From assembly GCF_033153115.1 (NCBI RefSeq), contig NW_026889779.1, positions 5,022,001 through 5,086,000 on the forward strand: 64,000 bases of DNA, written 5' to 3'. Both the position numbers and the translations under genes were made by a program. Below are positions 37,415 through 49,457 of the stretch, piece by piece. Within the stretch, counting starts at the first letter, position 1; every line of letters starts with the position of its first letter. The DNA is from Saccostrea echinata (taxonomy: Eukaryota). The notes under the pieces are model-generated. The model did not search any database. It had not been told where the DNA came from and was given only the letters and a program-made list of their open reading frames with translations.

Positions 37415-37685
37415 TGTCCTGTTCGAGATTTTTTCACTCATATAGAGACATCACTATATACCTGTGAAGGGCTTCAAATTTAGACTTTTACTCGGCACTC
37501 AGAGCCATTGAGCAGTGAGGGTTCTTTATCGTGCCAACGCCTCGGGGCCTCGGTTTTTAAGGTGTCATCCGAAAGACTCACAACTTTCACTTCAGAGTAC
37601 CCAGTGCTTGGCGAAGGTACAGTTGCTTTAATTGACTTAGGTCAGTCGAGGCCGTGATTCGAACACACGACCTTCTGCTCACGGA
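37415..37685 (-). mobile_element. tRNA-derived SINE
   Basis: Reverse complement of the 29554 family; B-box complement gattcgaac at ~37657. Confidence 0.88.
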
Positions 37686-37773
37686 GAGCAAAACATTGAG
37701 AAAACAATGCATTTTCCACAGAGGATGGTGGTCTCAAAATAATAAGGTATTGACTGTTTTATCAAATCTTTAA

Positions 37774-37978
37774 GGAGGCTGGGGGGTCAACAAATTAACC
37801 ATCAGATGTAACTTAATTTTTTAGATATGATATCTTAAGCTGTCAACTATCATTTGGCAAACAAATATTTCATACATTTTAGTTTTAAAATTTGATAATT
37901 TTTGTATATCTTTATATGGAGCTCTTCTTCTAAAGGAGATCAATATAGTCTGAAAATGGCCACAACCACCCAGCCCTC
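37774..37978. mobile_element. Short TTAA-flanked MITE (Kolobok-like)
   Basis: ttaa-ggaggctgggg ... cccagccctc-ttaa. Confidence 0.65.
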
Positions 37979-38111
37979 TTAAAATTGAATTTGTTCAGAA
38001 GATTGTTAGAAACTCTGCTTAGATTCTACTGTTCACTGAAATAACAAAGTATAATATTGTACACCTGTCCCATTTTGGGCCAGAATATTCAAGAGTTAAA
38101 GCAAAGAACAC

Positions 38112-38985
38112 AATTTTTGGTTCACCTCGACGAAGTCGAGATGAGCTTATCCTATACCCCCGACATTAGCGTCAGTGTCGGCGTCCCGGTTAGGTAAGTT
38201 TTAGGAGCAAGTCCATTCCGAAGTAACTATAAGCCCTACCTGGACCAAACTTGCATGGATGCATCATCTAGGAATGAACACTACCACTCTTGCTTCGGAT
38301 GCTGGATCTGACCCAGATTTTCCAGTTGAATGACCAGGTTAAAGTTTTTGGATCAGGTCAATTCCCAAGTAACTATTAGCCCTACCTGGACCAAACTTGC
38401 AAGGATGGTGTATCTAAGGATGGACACTACCACACTTGCCTCGGATGCTGGATCTGACCTAGATTTTCCAGATGAGTGACCAGGTTAAAGTTTTCGGAGC
38501 AGGTCCATTCCCAAGTAAATATTAGCCCTACCTTGAACAAACTTGCATGGATGATGCATCTAGGGATGTGTTTGCTCTGTACCTATTTTGTAATGTTTAA
38601 TGGACTGTTGAGCTTGAATACTGTTCGTTATCTCCAAATATTTCACCTACATTTTCCAGATGAGTGACCAGGATAAGGAGTAGCTATACAACATTATGGC
38701 CTGTTATGATTAAACTTGCATAGATGGTGCATCTAAGGATGAAAACTTCCAGACTTACTTTGGATGTTGGAACTGATCAAAATTTTCTTGATTAGTAAAC
38801 AGGATAAACTTTTTTGAACAGGTCTCTTTCCAAGTAATTGTAAGTTGTACTTAAACCAAACTTGCATTGATATTGATCTTGGGATGTACATTAATTAAAA
38901 AAAAAGAATATGATGTTAAATTTGCCTTACTTAAAGATAACATTCGTCGAGGTGAGCTTCGAAATCTTTGATTACTTATGTTTTT
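38112..38985 (+). mobile_element. Helentron-associated (HINE/pearl-like) element with ~146-bp tandem repeats
   Basis: Subterminal inverted motif tcacctcgacga / tcgtcgaggtga, GTC-rich short repeats and T-rich flanks. Anchor aagtaa(c/a)ta.tagccctacc at 38221, 38367 and 38513. Confidence 0.8.
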
Positions 38986-40451
38986 TGAAAGCAATATTTC
39001 ATGTATTTTAAGATTTTTTGAGTATGATAACACGCGACTCGAACCAAGGAGATATTCTATTGGAACCTCTGTTATAATAATAAAATTATAGTTTAAAATA
39101 AGTATGTATATTCAAGACCATTGTATGAAAAGGGATTCATTTTATTTGGTAATTTGTTAGACATTAATGGTAAATTGATGAGCTCTGATGATTTGTCTTA
39201 AAATTCCCATTCATTCTATGCAAATAATAAAAAGAGCAAGAAATTTGAACATTAACTCAAGACATCAGAAAGAACAACGAACGCTAACTCTCGATTCCCG
39301 CCTACATTTTAAACCCATTTAAATCAATATAACTTGAATTGAGGCCATTAAAACTTATTTTAATACAAAGAATAGTACATAAGTAATTGATTTATTTATT
39401 TAAAACTAGCATCAAAAAGTTGTTTTATTTTACAATTCTTTTCTTAAAGGGGTGAAAGACTTTATCCATTGAAATCAGGCTCTAAAAATCAGCAAATTTT
39501 CAAATATGCATGGAAATTGATAAATGACCCTTAAATCTTTCCGTATGTTAAAATTGTGTAAAATTCAATGTACAATATTGCTAAAATACATTTTTTAAAT
39601 GTGTTATGTCATTTGAAATCGGTAAAAAATGTCCATTTTTGCTGATTTTTTGCCTGTAAACATATCCCCCCCCCCCCCCCCCCGTGAAACACAAAAAAGC
39701 TTTAATTGGTATGAATTTGTACAAAATAATACTCCATAATACCTGTAAAAAGGATTTTTTGTTTCACTGGGGTGGATATTTTTTAAATGTTTTCCGTTTT
39801 TCGTTGATTACTATAGTAAAAAAACGCAAGTTTGACCAAAATCATAGAGTTATAATTCTTTGTTTTTTTTCCAAATAAGTTATTATTTATGAAAATTCAC
39901 ATAAATATATCTATAAATATAAAAATTCATTCAAATATGTTATCTTTTAAAAATTGACTTGGAGTTAAGCGGCAGAACAATACTATCGTTCGCAGTTCAA
40001 CAAACAAATATTCACTATATTTTGAAAAGTGTACGAGTTATGTTCCATTACACATTCGGATAAAAGTCTTAGATTTTTATCCTTCACAAAAACCGATTTC
40101 TCGAGCGACTTATTGAAAAATTAAGGTTTAACCTACAGGAACAGGTGAATGCGGATGAAAATTTAAATGCAGCAGGCGTTTGCGGAAGACTTAATGAATT
40201 ATTATTAACTTTCTTGAGTGTAACATGGAGTTTGTTTGCATTTCGCAAGTGACCGTGATTCATAGCCATATCGACCCTCGCTCTATCAACATATACTCCA
40301 CTGGAAATGTAAATAAAAGATCATTCACAAAAGCAGTGTCACGTGGAGATTACAAATTAAACTGTCCCCATTATTGACTACAGAATTTATTTAAATACCC
40401 TCGTGGTTTGCCCTACTACCTCAGATTTCTTGTAAATTTTTGATATTAGAA

Positions 40452-43400
40452 ATGTCTTGGTCAGTTGTTTTAGTTTCAGCCACGATATTTGTGCAATCTC
40501 TGGCATTCAGCGATTTTCCTTCTTATGAAGACAGGTTGACATTTAAGGTCTATCCGCAAGGACTTCAAAATAAAAATGTTACAAAAGCGCTTTCCGAGCT
40601 AAAACTGTTAGTTAACAACGCACTTGATGCAGAATTTCTAAAGAACATGGCCGAATCTGGAGACAGAGACTCCTTGGGATTAAGCTCGGGGCTCTTTGCC
40701 GAAAATTACACTGTATCAGAAACCTGCCGCAGCCAGTTGAATCATACAATAAATGGATTAATTAATGGTGAATTCTGGGCTCTTAAAAGTAAGCGAACAT
40801 GTTGATTTCATTTTCACCCAAAAGATACATATTGTCAGTTCTAACATGGTCTTCCGGGTTTCTGATGATACATGTACCTTTTTTGTGTTTCCAGTGTTGG
40901 ACGCTTCAGCCAAAATAGATTCGGGTATTTTAGAAGGTAATACTATATGGCTTGGATCTTATGACGAGTGTTTCCAAATAGACGAGACTCTACCAGGAAT
41001 GCCTCCCTCCAATAGTGGAATGCAAACACATTTCTGTGCTGTCGAAATACCAATAAAAATCGCATATATTCCCCTAACTGTAAGTTTTTCTCGATAATAC
41101 CATAGAAAAGACATATTATGTATATACACACTGGCTGTGTCACTTAGTTTTTTCACCTTAATCTTTCACGCAACACTTATTTGTTAAACACAGTGTAAGG
41201 TTTTAAGTAGGTATCAAAACGAATTAGAAAATAATCAAATGCATGTAAATTTAATTGTTAGATGTTTGTGTCTATTTTACAGGTGTATGTTGCTGTATGT
41301 ATTCCTAAAGAATGTTCAACTGAAGATCTGAAATATCTCGCTAATGAATGTAAGTATTAAAGTGCGTTTTAAATCATTATATTTTATCTTGCATGAAAAA
41401 TTCAAAATGAAATCTTTATACTTACAGTGTTCTCGATGATAGAAAAACTTCTTCAAATTAAAAATTCGATTCGTATAACCAATGCCTTTTGTAAAGCAGT
41501 ACCTGAAATTGACACAAGGGCCGTTGTAGCAATGTAAGTTAATGTCCCTTTAAGTATTATACATAGATATATATCTAACTAGTACTTTGGGTATTAGAGT
41601 TTGTGATACAACAGCGTTGATCATAGTTACAACGAAAACTGTATGAAAGAAACTTATGTCCTTCTTTCTAAGCTGAATTAAGTGAAATTATCAATAAACA
41701 ATTTTTTATATAGATAATTGCTTTTGGATGGATTATCATTCGTTTTATGATTTACTTCCAGAGTCATTCTAGGAATATTTGCTGCCCTTTTAGTAGTTAG
41801 TACATTGTATGACATCATTTTCATTCAATGGCCCACGAAAAGGGACCAGACATTACAGGAGCATGCATCGACAAACGATGAAAAAACACCCCTTCTGCAC
41901 GAGAGAGAGAACTTGGTCCCCAAAAATGAATGTAAGAATAACTTTTTATATTTGGCTTTAAGTTAACATGGATTGGTTTTTCTGTTATTGTTGTTGTTTA
42001 AATAAAGCAATACACTGTTTATTTCCATTGTAATATACGATACTACATCGCACATCTTGGGAATTTTTTTCAGTGCGATTGAAGCTGAATAGAATTATTC
42101 GTTTATCTTATAACGAAATCGTGTCAAAAATTATAGACACTTCTTGTAATGAAATTGTCACAAGAATTATAGAAATTGTTTTATTTTGTTATTCATATTT
42201 TAGCTATCCTACAAAAGCTCCTTCTCTCCTTTTCGTTATATTCAAATGGGAAAAAAATCCTACAAGTCAATCAGTCTGCCGGAACATTAACTGCAGTGAA
42301 CGGAATTCGGTTCCTCAGCATATCCTGGGTTGTACTGGGCCATTCGTTTGTGTTCACAATCACCAATTTTAGGAACTACTATACAGCTGCACCAAAATTC
42401 ATGAAGCGATGGTCTTTTCAGGCTGTCCTTAATGCTTTAGTGTCAGTGGATTCTTTCTTTGCTCTTAGGTAACGTTTTCACACTCATTTTCCGTCTGTAT
42501 TTATTTATTTCATTTTTGAAACATTTTTTAATAAGAATCATCCTGACAATTGCTTAATGTTCCAAATGTCTCCTTTAGATATAAATTTAACCCATGTTGA
42601 TAAATTACAACTTTCAGAATAATTAAGAAACATTTTGCAATACATGCTGCAAACATAAAGATTTCATCATACTATTTTCATTCCTTTTTAGTGGTTTGTT
42701 AGTAGCTTACCTAACTCTCAGAGAAATGAAAAAAGGAAAGGGATTCTTCAGAATCAACTGGTTCACGTTTTACTTCCACAGATTCTGGAGGTAATGCATT
42801 TCAGTGTTATTTTATCTTTAGTTCAAAATTTATTTGATTTCAATTTCTTTAGACATAAATGTCGAATCTTGAGAAATATTTCTCTTCTTTTGTTGTAAAA
42901 TCAAAGGTTGCATTAATTTTGACATTTAGAAAAATAATAATGAATTCATATGTGTGCAAGTAACATTAAGTTGCAATTCAAGTGTTTTTCTTTTTTAGAT
43001 TGACCCCTGTGTATATGTTATTATTGATGATCAGTGCCTGTCTAAGCCGATACTTCGGAGACGGACCCTTGTGGCCAGAGCAAGGCTTCGAAAAGGATTA
43101 CTGTGAAAATACGTGGTGGAGAAACCTGCTCTACATTAATAATTTGTATAACACTGAACCGGTACGGTAATACTACATGATGCTTATCATCCTGTTTGTA
43201 AATTATTTGAAGTATATATAGTGATTTTACGAAGTTGATGAAGTATGCAGATTAACATTTTTTTTCTCTGGTAGTGCTTTGGTGTGTCGTGGTATTTAGC
43301 CAATGATATGCAGTTTTTTGTCCTGAGTCCATTGATGTTAATTCCATTGTATTTGTAAGTTGTTTTCGTTTAAATTCTTGAAAATTTCATATTTTATGTA

Positions 43401-43970
43401 CATATTTCAAAGAAGCAATATGCCTCAAACTAATATTCATGTATTCCAAACTAGTTATTACCCGCTGGGGATAGGTGTCTGTTTTGTTTGGCTGTTGGGA
43501 TCTGCTATCACACCAGGTGTGGTGTCCAGTGTTTTGGATCTCCCACCATCATCTGCAGGCGGAGGTGGATCTCCCGAGTAAGTCTAGAGCTCTACATTTA
43601 ACTTACGTCAGTCATCATTTTATTTACTTGAATGCAAAACATGATTCTTAAAATTGCACTCAGTCATCATTTTATTTACTTGAATGCAAAATATGATTCT
43701 TAAAATTGCAACATCATTTAAATCATAATACAATGTTCATATGCAACGGTTATGAAATCTTCGAGGAATATTCTTTAATTATGTCACTTTATACAGAGGG
43801 AGAGCAGATTACATGTCTGACTACTACATAAGACCGTACTGTCGAATGGGACCTTATATTGTCGGAATAATTGTTGGATCGTTATTGTACAAAACAGATT
43901 GTAAAGTCAAAATCAACAAGGTATTTGAGCAATTTCTAAAATAAAAGATTTCATTAATTTTGAAAGAGTA

Positions 43971-44004
<34 letters not shown>

Positions 44005-45074
44005 CAATTTGGATAAGAAGTTCCATTTTGCAAACCTTCTAAATTTTTCTTGTAAAATTTTCTATCCATATTCTTCATTATATTTTTCATTAGAGGGACA
44101 CGTAAAAAAGAATTCATAATTCCATCTTCTATTTTAGTACTTGAACTTGTTGCTGTGGTTCATCTTTGCAACACTTGCTATCTTAGTTCTCTATGGACTA
44201 CGTGATGCTTTTGTCTACCCGGAGGATGCCCTCAATCGTGACGTGTCGGCTCTCTACAACGCCACTCACAAAATTGTCTGGGGAGCGTGCGTGTGCTGGG
44301 TCATATTTGCATGTGCCACAGGAAATGGAGGTGGGATGTTTAGTTGATTTATATTTGCAATATTTGGTAATTAAAACATATTCCTTTAAAGCGTAGCTTT
44401 TTCTATTTTCCTATATGTACCTAAATTACGTCATTACAAAACAATATTGACGTCAAACGAAGATATTGTTACTTTTACACGTACGTGTTTATTGATGAAC
44501 GAGCAAGACAATATCACCTGACATTACTAAATATTTACACAGTTTCTGTTCGTTAGAGCTATACGTTCATTTATTTTGTGAATGGTAGGTTTTGTCAACA
44601 CTCTGCTGTCGTGGTCAGCGTTTGTGCCGCTAGCCCGTCTCTCCTACTGTATATATCTAACTCATCCTTTCATTATGTCCACCTACTCAGGGACTCAACG
44701 AACTCAGCTATACCTGGACGACTTTAACATTGTAAGTGTCCCATATCTTTGGAAGGTCTATGTACGTAAATATCGAAAATGAGAAGATTCATTTTTAAAA
44801 TAAAATATAGAAACAAATATATAGCTATGTACTTGGAATAAAGTATAATTTCTACAGTGTCTATTTTATGCGTTTGTAGCATATGTATTTTTAATAAAAT
44901 ATAAATATCTAATTGAAATCAATATGGGGGGATTTTTTTTCTTGTTCACAGGTAAATATTTTCCTGGGCCATCTCGTCCTGTCCACAATGTCAGCATTTG
45001 TAGCCTCGTTATCATTTGAGGCACCAATGATGGGTTTAGAGAAAGTTATCTTGAAAAGACAGCGGGCACAGTAA
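40452..45074 (+). CDS. Nose resistant to fluoxetine 6-like (NRF domain + acyltransferase-3) protein, copy 1; 14 coding exons, ~725 aa
   Basis: Exons 40452-40788, 40895-41079, 41283-41349, 41428-41533, 41762-41931, 42204-42468, 42692-42790, 42999-43161, 43275-43354, 43455-43577, 43797-43920, 44138-44330, 44589-44731, 44952-45074. All introns GT-AG and phase-consistent (2178 nt). Signal peptide; MLDASAK..G.LEGN..WLGSYDEC, NGIRFLSISWVVLGH, VDSFF.LSG, HRFWRLTP, WYLANDMQF, FEAP. AATAAA at ~45185. Confidence 0.93.
43609..43710. repeat. Intronic direct duplication of ~52 bp
   Basis: cagtcatcattttatttacttgaatgcaaaa(c/t)atgattcttaaaattgca occurs twice. Confidence 0.92.
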
Positions 45075-45529
45075 ACAAAAGCATTTTTAGTATTTTTTTT
45101 ATACAGAGTTACTGACACTTTGAACACTATGTGTTTTTGTTTCTTTTAATTGTTATTTTTACAATTTGTTTTTATTTTATTGTTAATAAAAAGTTTTAAA
45201 ACGTTATTTATTGCGTTGCTTTCTTGTAGAATTATGTACATGCAGATGAGAGCAAGTCGGTATTTTTAACTACTGACAGCCAAGTTTCAGTAGCATTGTC
45301 TCATTTAGATGATAGTTTTAGCTGGCATTGAGCTCAATATTAAAAGCAATATAAAATTGGTATTAATCAATTAGTAAGCAGATTTTTTTTTCTAATTTGA
45401 TATGATTTTTACGTACAGGCAATTGTTCTTGGGGATAGTAAATAGTAACCTTTACCAACAGTAAATAATCTTGTTGCAAATCAGTATTTTTGATAAAACA
45501 GAGTCACATCTAAAATCACTACACATGAC

Positions 45530-45660
45530 CAGTAATTTAAGCAAAACCCTACATAACATCGATTTTTAAGTAAAACCATACACAACATCAGTATTTTAAG
45601 TAAAACTCTTCATAACATCAGGATTTTAAGTAAAATCCTACACAACATCAGCATTTTAAA
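45530..45660. repeat. ~30-bp minisatellite, about 4 copies
   Basis: Unit resembles agtattttaagtaaaaccctacacaacatc. Confidence 0.85.
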
Positions 45661-46064
45661 ATAAGTTGAGACTATAAGGGACACTGACTCTTAGAGTTCA
45701 ATCAGTGTCCCTCGGATTATCCTCCGGGATATTACACATACATGTATGTCATATATGCAGTCTTCAGATTCACAGTTATGATATAGAACCAACAGTTCTT
45801 ACAAAAATTTGAAAGAATGTAAATTTTCTATTAGAGGTCTATTTGACAATTCCTATTCCGATCCCATATGTTCTAATTTCAAAATGTTCTGTCAAAAACT
45901 GTTAAACTCGTGATATTTTGATTACTAGCTCTTCGTTTTCTTGTAATCTTACTGGACAGAGCTTCTATACCAAAACTTGGGAAAATCTGAATTTCAAATC
46001 TTGTAATGTTGTCTACAGAATAGGATGTACCCATTGGGGGCTTATTTATGTTGTGAAAGCATGG

Positions 46065-47862
46065 GTTCACTTAAAAAAGAATATCAGGGCATAGATTTCA
46101 GATTAACAACGAGGGCCAGCAGCTTCTATACAAGCAATTTAATTTATCCGATCATTCTATTTTTTCAATGAAAGTTATGATTCTAGAAAAGATTTACCAT
46201 CAAATGAATAGCCCATCACTGAGTACATCTTTCCGTACACAACGAGGAGAATACTGGATTAGAAAACTAGATACGGTCTTTCCATATGGTACCAATGACC
46301 ATGTCGATAGTGTTTGGAATCTTTCAAGCTCACAGTGTAGCAATGTGAATGTGATGGAACTTTTTAACAGTACAAAGAGACGTAAGGGTAGTCATGGACA
46401 TCGGTCTTACAATTAAACCTATTATACACGATCAGTATGTACTGGTCTCAGACTCTCAGCTGACAAAGCAGGTAACAACATTGTCTTTGTTTGTAAGGCT
46501 CATTATTTTAATTGTATCTGCAAGTGGTAATCCAATATACCCATAGCTCCCTTTCTAAAGAGGAAATTCTTCAAAACCGTATGTCAGTTTCAAATATATT
46601 TAATATTCCCAACAATCAATATGCATTTGAATTACCATACCTATACTGGATTCCAAAACTCCATAAAAATCCTCACAAACAAAGATACATAGCGGGTTCC
46701 AGTAAATGTTCTATACTAAGCTTCTTTCTTTACTCCTCACTAAATATATACATCAGTGAAGGAGAAACTTCAGGAGTATTGTACAACAGTATATTCGGGA
46801 AGTAGTGTAAATCAGATGTGGATACTTATAAACAGCTGTTTTTAATAAAAATGGAACTTGTAAAAATACTTAGCTTGTCATTGGTCATTTGCAAAATTAT
46901 TTTGTTAAAACATTCTGATTGTACACACAAGTACTCTGAAGTTGATATAAAATAGATGCTTGAGTTTCTGATTGACAATATCTTTGTAGTTTTTGGAGAT
47001 CAGGTCTTCCAACAATCTGTTGGAATTCCCATGGGTACCAATTGTACCCCGTTATTAGCAGACCTATTTTTGTATTCATATGAAGCAGAATTTATTCAAA
47101 AACTTCTTCATGAGAAGAAGAAAACACTTGCTGTTGCTTTCAGCTCGACATTTAGATATATGGACGACGTATTATCAATAAACAATAGTTTTTTTCCATT
47201 CATATGTCGACTCGATATATTCCAGTGAGCTTGAAATAAAAGATACATAGAGTCTGACATATATGTTTCATATTTGGATATTTTACTAGAAAAAAACTTT
47301 AATGGTAACCTACCAATAAAGCTTTATGATAAACGTGATGACTTTTAATTTTTCAATCGTCAACTTCCTTTACTTATCTAGCAAAATACCCTTATCACCT
47401 GCTTATGGGGTTTTTGTCTCCAAGTTGATTCGATAGGCAAGAGCATGCTCTACATATGAACAATTTCTAAAACGAGACAATCTATTGACAAACAAGTTGA
47501 TGAAACGAGGATATCAACAGTCTCGTTTGAAGTCATCATTTTTAAAGTTCTATGGTCTAAACAATGATCTTCTCAACAAATACAATCTATCATTAAGTCA
47601 AATGCTGACTGACGTTTTTCATACTAATTGTTAGGCTATTATTTACACACTGAATTGCCCCCCCCCCCCCTTCGGATTTTTTTTTCATTTTTTCTCGATC
47701 ATGACAAGGAGCACACGGCGGGTGTGAGCAGGGGATGCTCACGCCTCCATGGCAACTGATCCTACCCCTGATGTTTTTGGAGGTCTGTGTTTGCTCTGTT
47801 CCCGATTTGTATTGTTTAAATGGACTTTGAGCTTGAATACTGTTCGTTACCTCCATATTTCA
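46065..47862 (+). mobile_element. Naiad-type PLE with internal deletions
   Basis: GIY-YIG remnant (ILEKIY..QRGEYWIRKLDTVFPYG) precedes ADKAGNNIVFVCK, LPYLYWIPKLHK, GIPMGTNC, FRYMDD and the family 3' UTR. Confidence 0.92.
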
Positions 47863-48114
47863 ATTCATTAAAACGGTATAGTATGATCAGAACATGGGTA
47901 AATCTCTTTTCTGCACTTAATATATGGACATTGACGTAAAAATACATTAAAGAACCTTTAATTTTTCTAAAGATACTGTTTATGGGGAAGAAAATCTCAA
48001 ACTTAATTTGTAGTATTCGGAGAAAAACTGTGTCAGATATTTTTTTCTTTGACTATTTTGATATCCTGGGCTACGTACTATACATAAGTTTCCTTCATTC
48101 AATGAAGCACTATG

Positions 48115-48116
<2 letters not shown>

Positions 48117-48190
<74 letters not shown>
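48117..48190. repeat. (AT)n microsatellite
   Basis: Pure AT dinucleotide run. Confidence 0.98.
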
Positions 48191-48195
<5 letters not shown>

Positions 48196-49179
48196 GAACT
48201 TGCATTTTGTAAGAAACTATAGACACGTTTTTTAAAAAAAAAAAATAAAAAAAATAAAAAAAAAAAAATCAAAGCAAAACAAAAAAAAAAACCTGCATTG
48301 CTACTTAGCATATATGACAACAAAAACGAATTTTGCCACTTCAGTGTAATTTTTTATTTGTAGTTGATATTTTACTTTCTAGTATTAAATACTACCATTT
48401 TTTGCACAAAATACAGTTGCTATGAATTTGGTTTTTGCAGAATTGTTTAATTTGAGTACTATATATTTCCGATGGAGTACCTTCCTCAGTTCGTTATATT
48501 TGAGCAAGGATCTTCTTTATTCGATCAAAATTTTTTCAATATGCTAAAATCGGGACTGTTTTCCGGCAACGGTAGTGTAGAAAATGCATTGAGAATTTTT
48601 TTTTGTACTTTTATGAGTAATGGTGTTTTTGCTAATTAATAAATACAAATAATTTTCTGCGAAATACTAAACAAGCATACATGGTACCTACATCTTTCAT
48701 TATATCTTTCTGAGTACCAGATACTTTCTCAAACCCGATGCAGTATCTAACCTCTGCAGTCGGGAAATAGTCCATTCTTAAACCCAGTTGAAAACATTTT
48801 GGGTTTGGCTATGAAGAGTGGACACGGAAAGCTGAGAATCACTTGATTTATGTTTTATTTCCGCAAATTTTGGAGGCAAATTAAAAAATCAAAATATATG
48901 TTATATTTTGTCAAAAGATATTCGTTAGTTTCTGCCGATGTATATTCATATATTCATGTATTTTACGTAAGTAAAAGGCCAAACTAAAAATTAAAACAAA
49001 AATTAAAAATGTAATGATATATTTTTACTGTTCTTGCCTTATTTCCTGCTTGAATAGAAAAGAAAGAAAAAGTTTAAAACTTTCTTTTCTTGGACAAATT
49101 AAAAACAATCAAATTAATAACAATCAATACTTTGTATACGAATCTCTTGCTTTTTTATTATTACATCTGATCCTCTAAA

Positions 49180-49217
<38 letters not shown>

Positions 49218-49457
49218 AGCAGCAATCTTCTAATTTATTGTTTTACCCATCGCTTTATGTAACATCAAACTTTTTTTTTTGGTGAATGAAAAATCTTTGT
49301 CCCCCCCCCCGTGCCTTCCTCAAACTTTAAAGCAATTTGACATATATTTTCTCTTATCTTATGCACAAAAAAAGCAAAATACAGGGTTCTTTTTAGATTT
49401 AATGACCTTCTACATTGATAAATTTTTAACAAAAAAGTTATTTTTATTTGTTTGTAG

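Larger units (their letters stand above)
28568..37687 (+). repeat. Tandem segmental duplication, unit B
   Basis: Colinear with 15968-28567. Lacks the PLE, the fold-back MITE and the inverted arm; has an extra SINE. Confidence 0.92.
35660..39330 (+). mobile_element. Degenerate L1/Tx1-like LINE ORF2 relic (unit B copy, continuing past the duplication end), interrupted by a SINE, a MITE and a satellite-bearing element
   Basis: Same RT remnants as 26600-28360, plus downstream EDGGLK, PFW and EPL remnants. Boundaries approximate. Confidence 0.7.

Noticed and set aside
35169-45074. Functional link between the microprotein array and the NRF-6-like cluster
   Set aside because: Adjacency only; no shared motifs or splicing evidence.
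47982-48323. ORFs with YI/F/K/ER runs (also 27194, 27818, 36608, 61729 and the X-filled ORFs at 31551/31564)
   Set aside because: Artefacts of microsatellites, homopolymers and the N gap.
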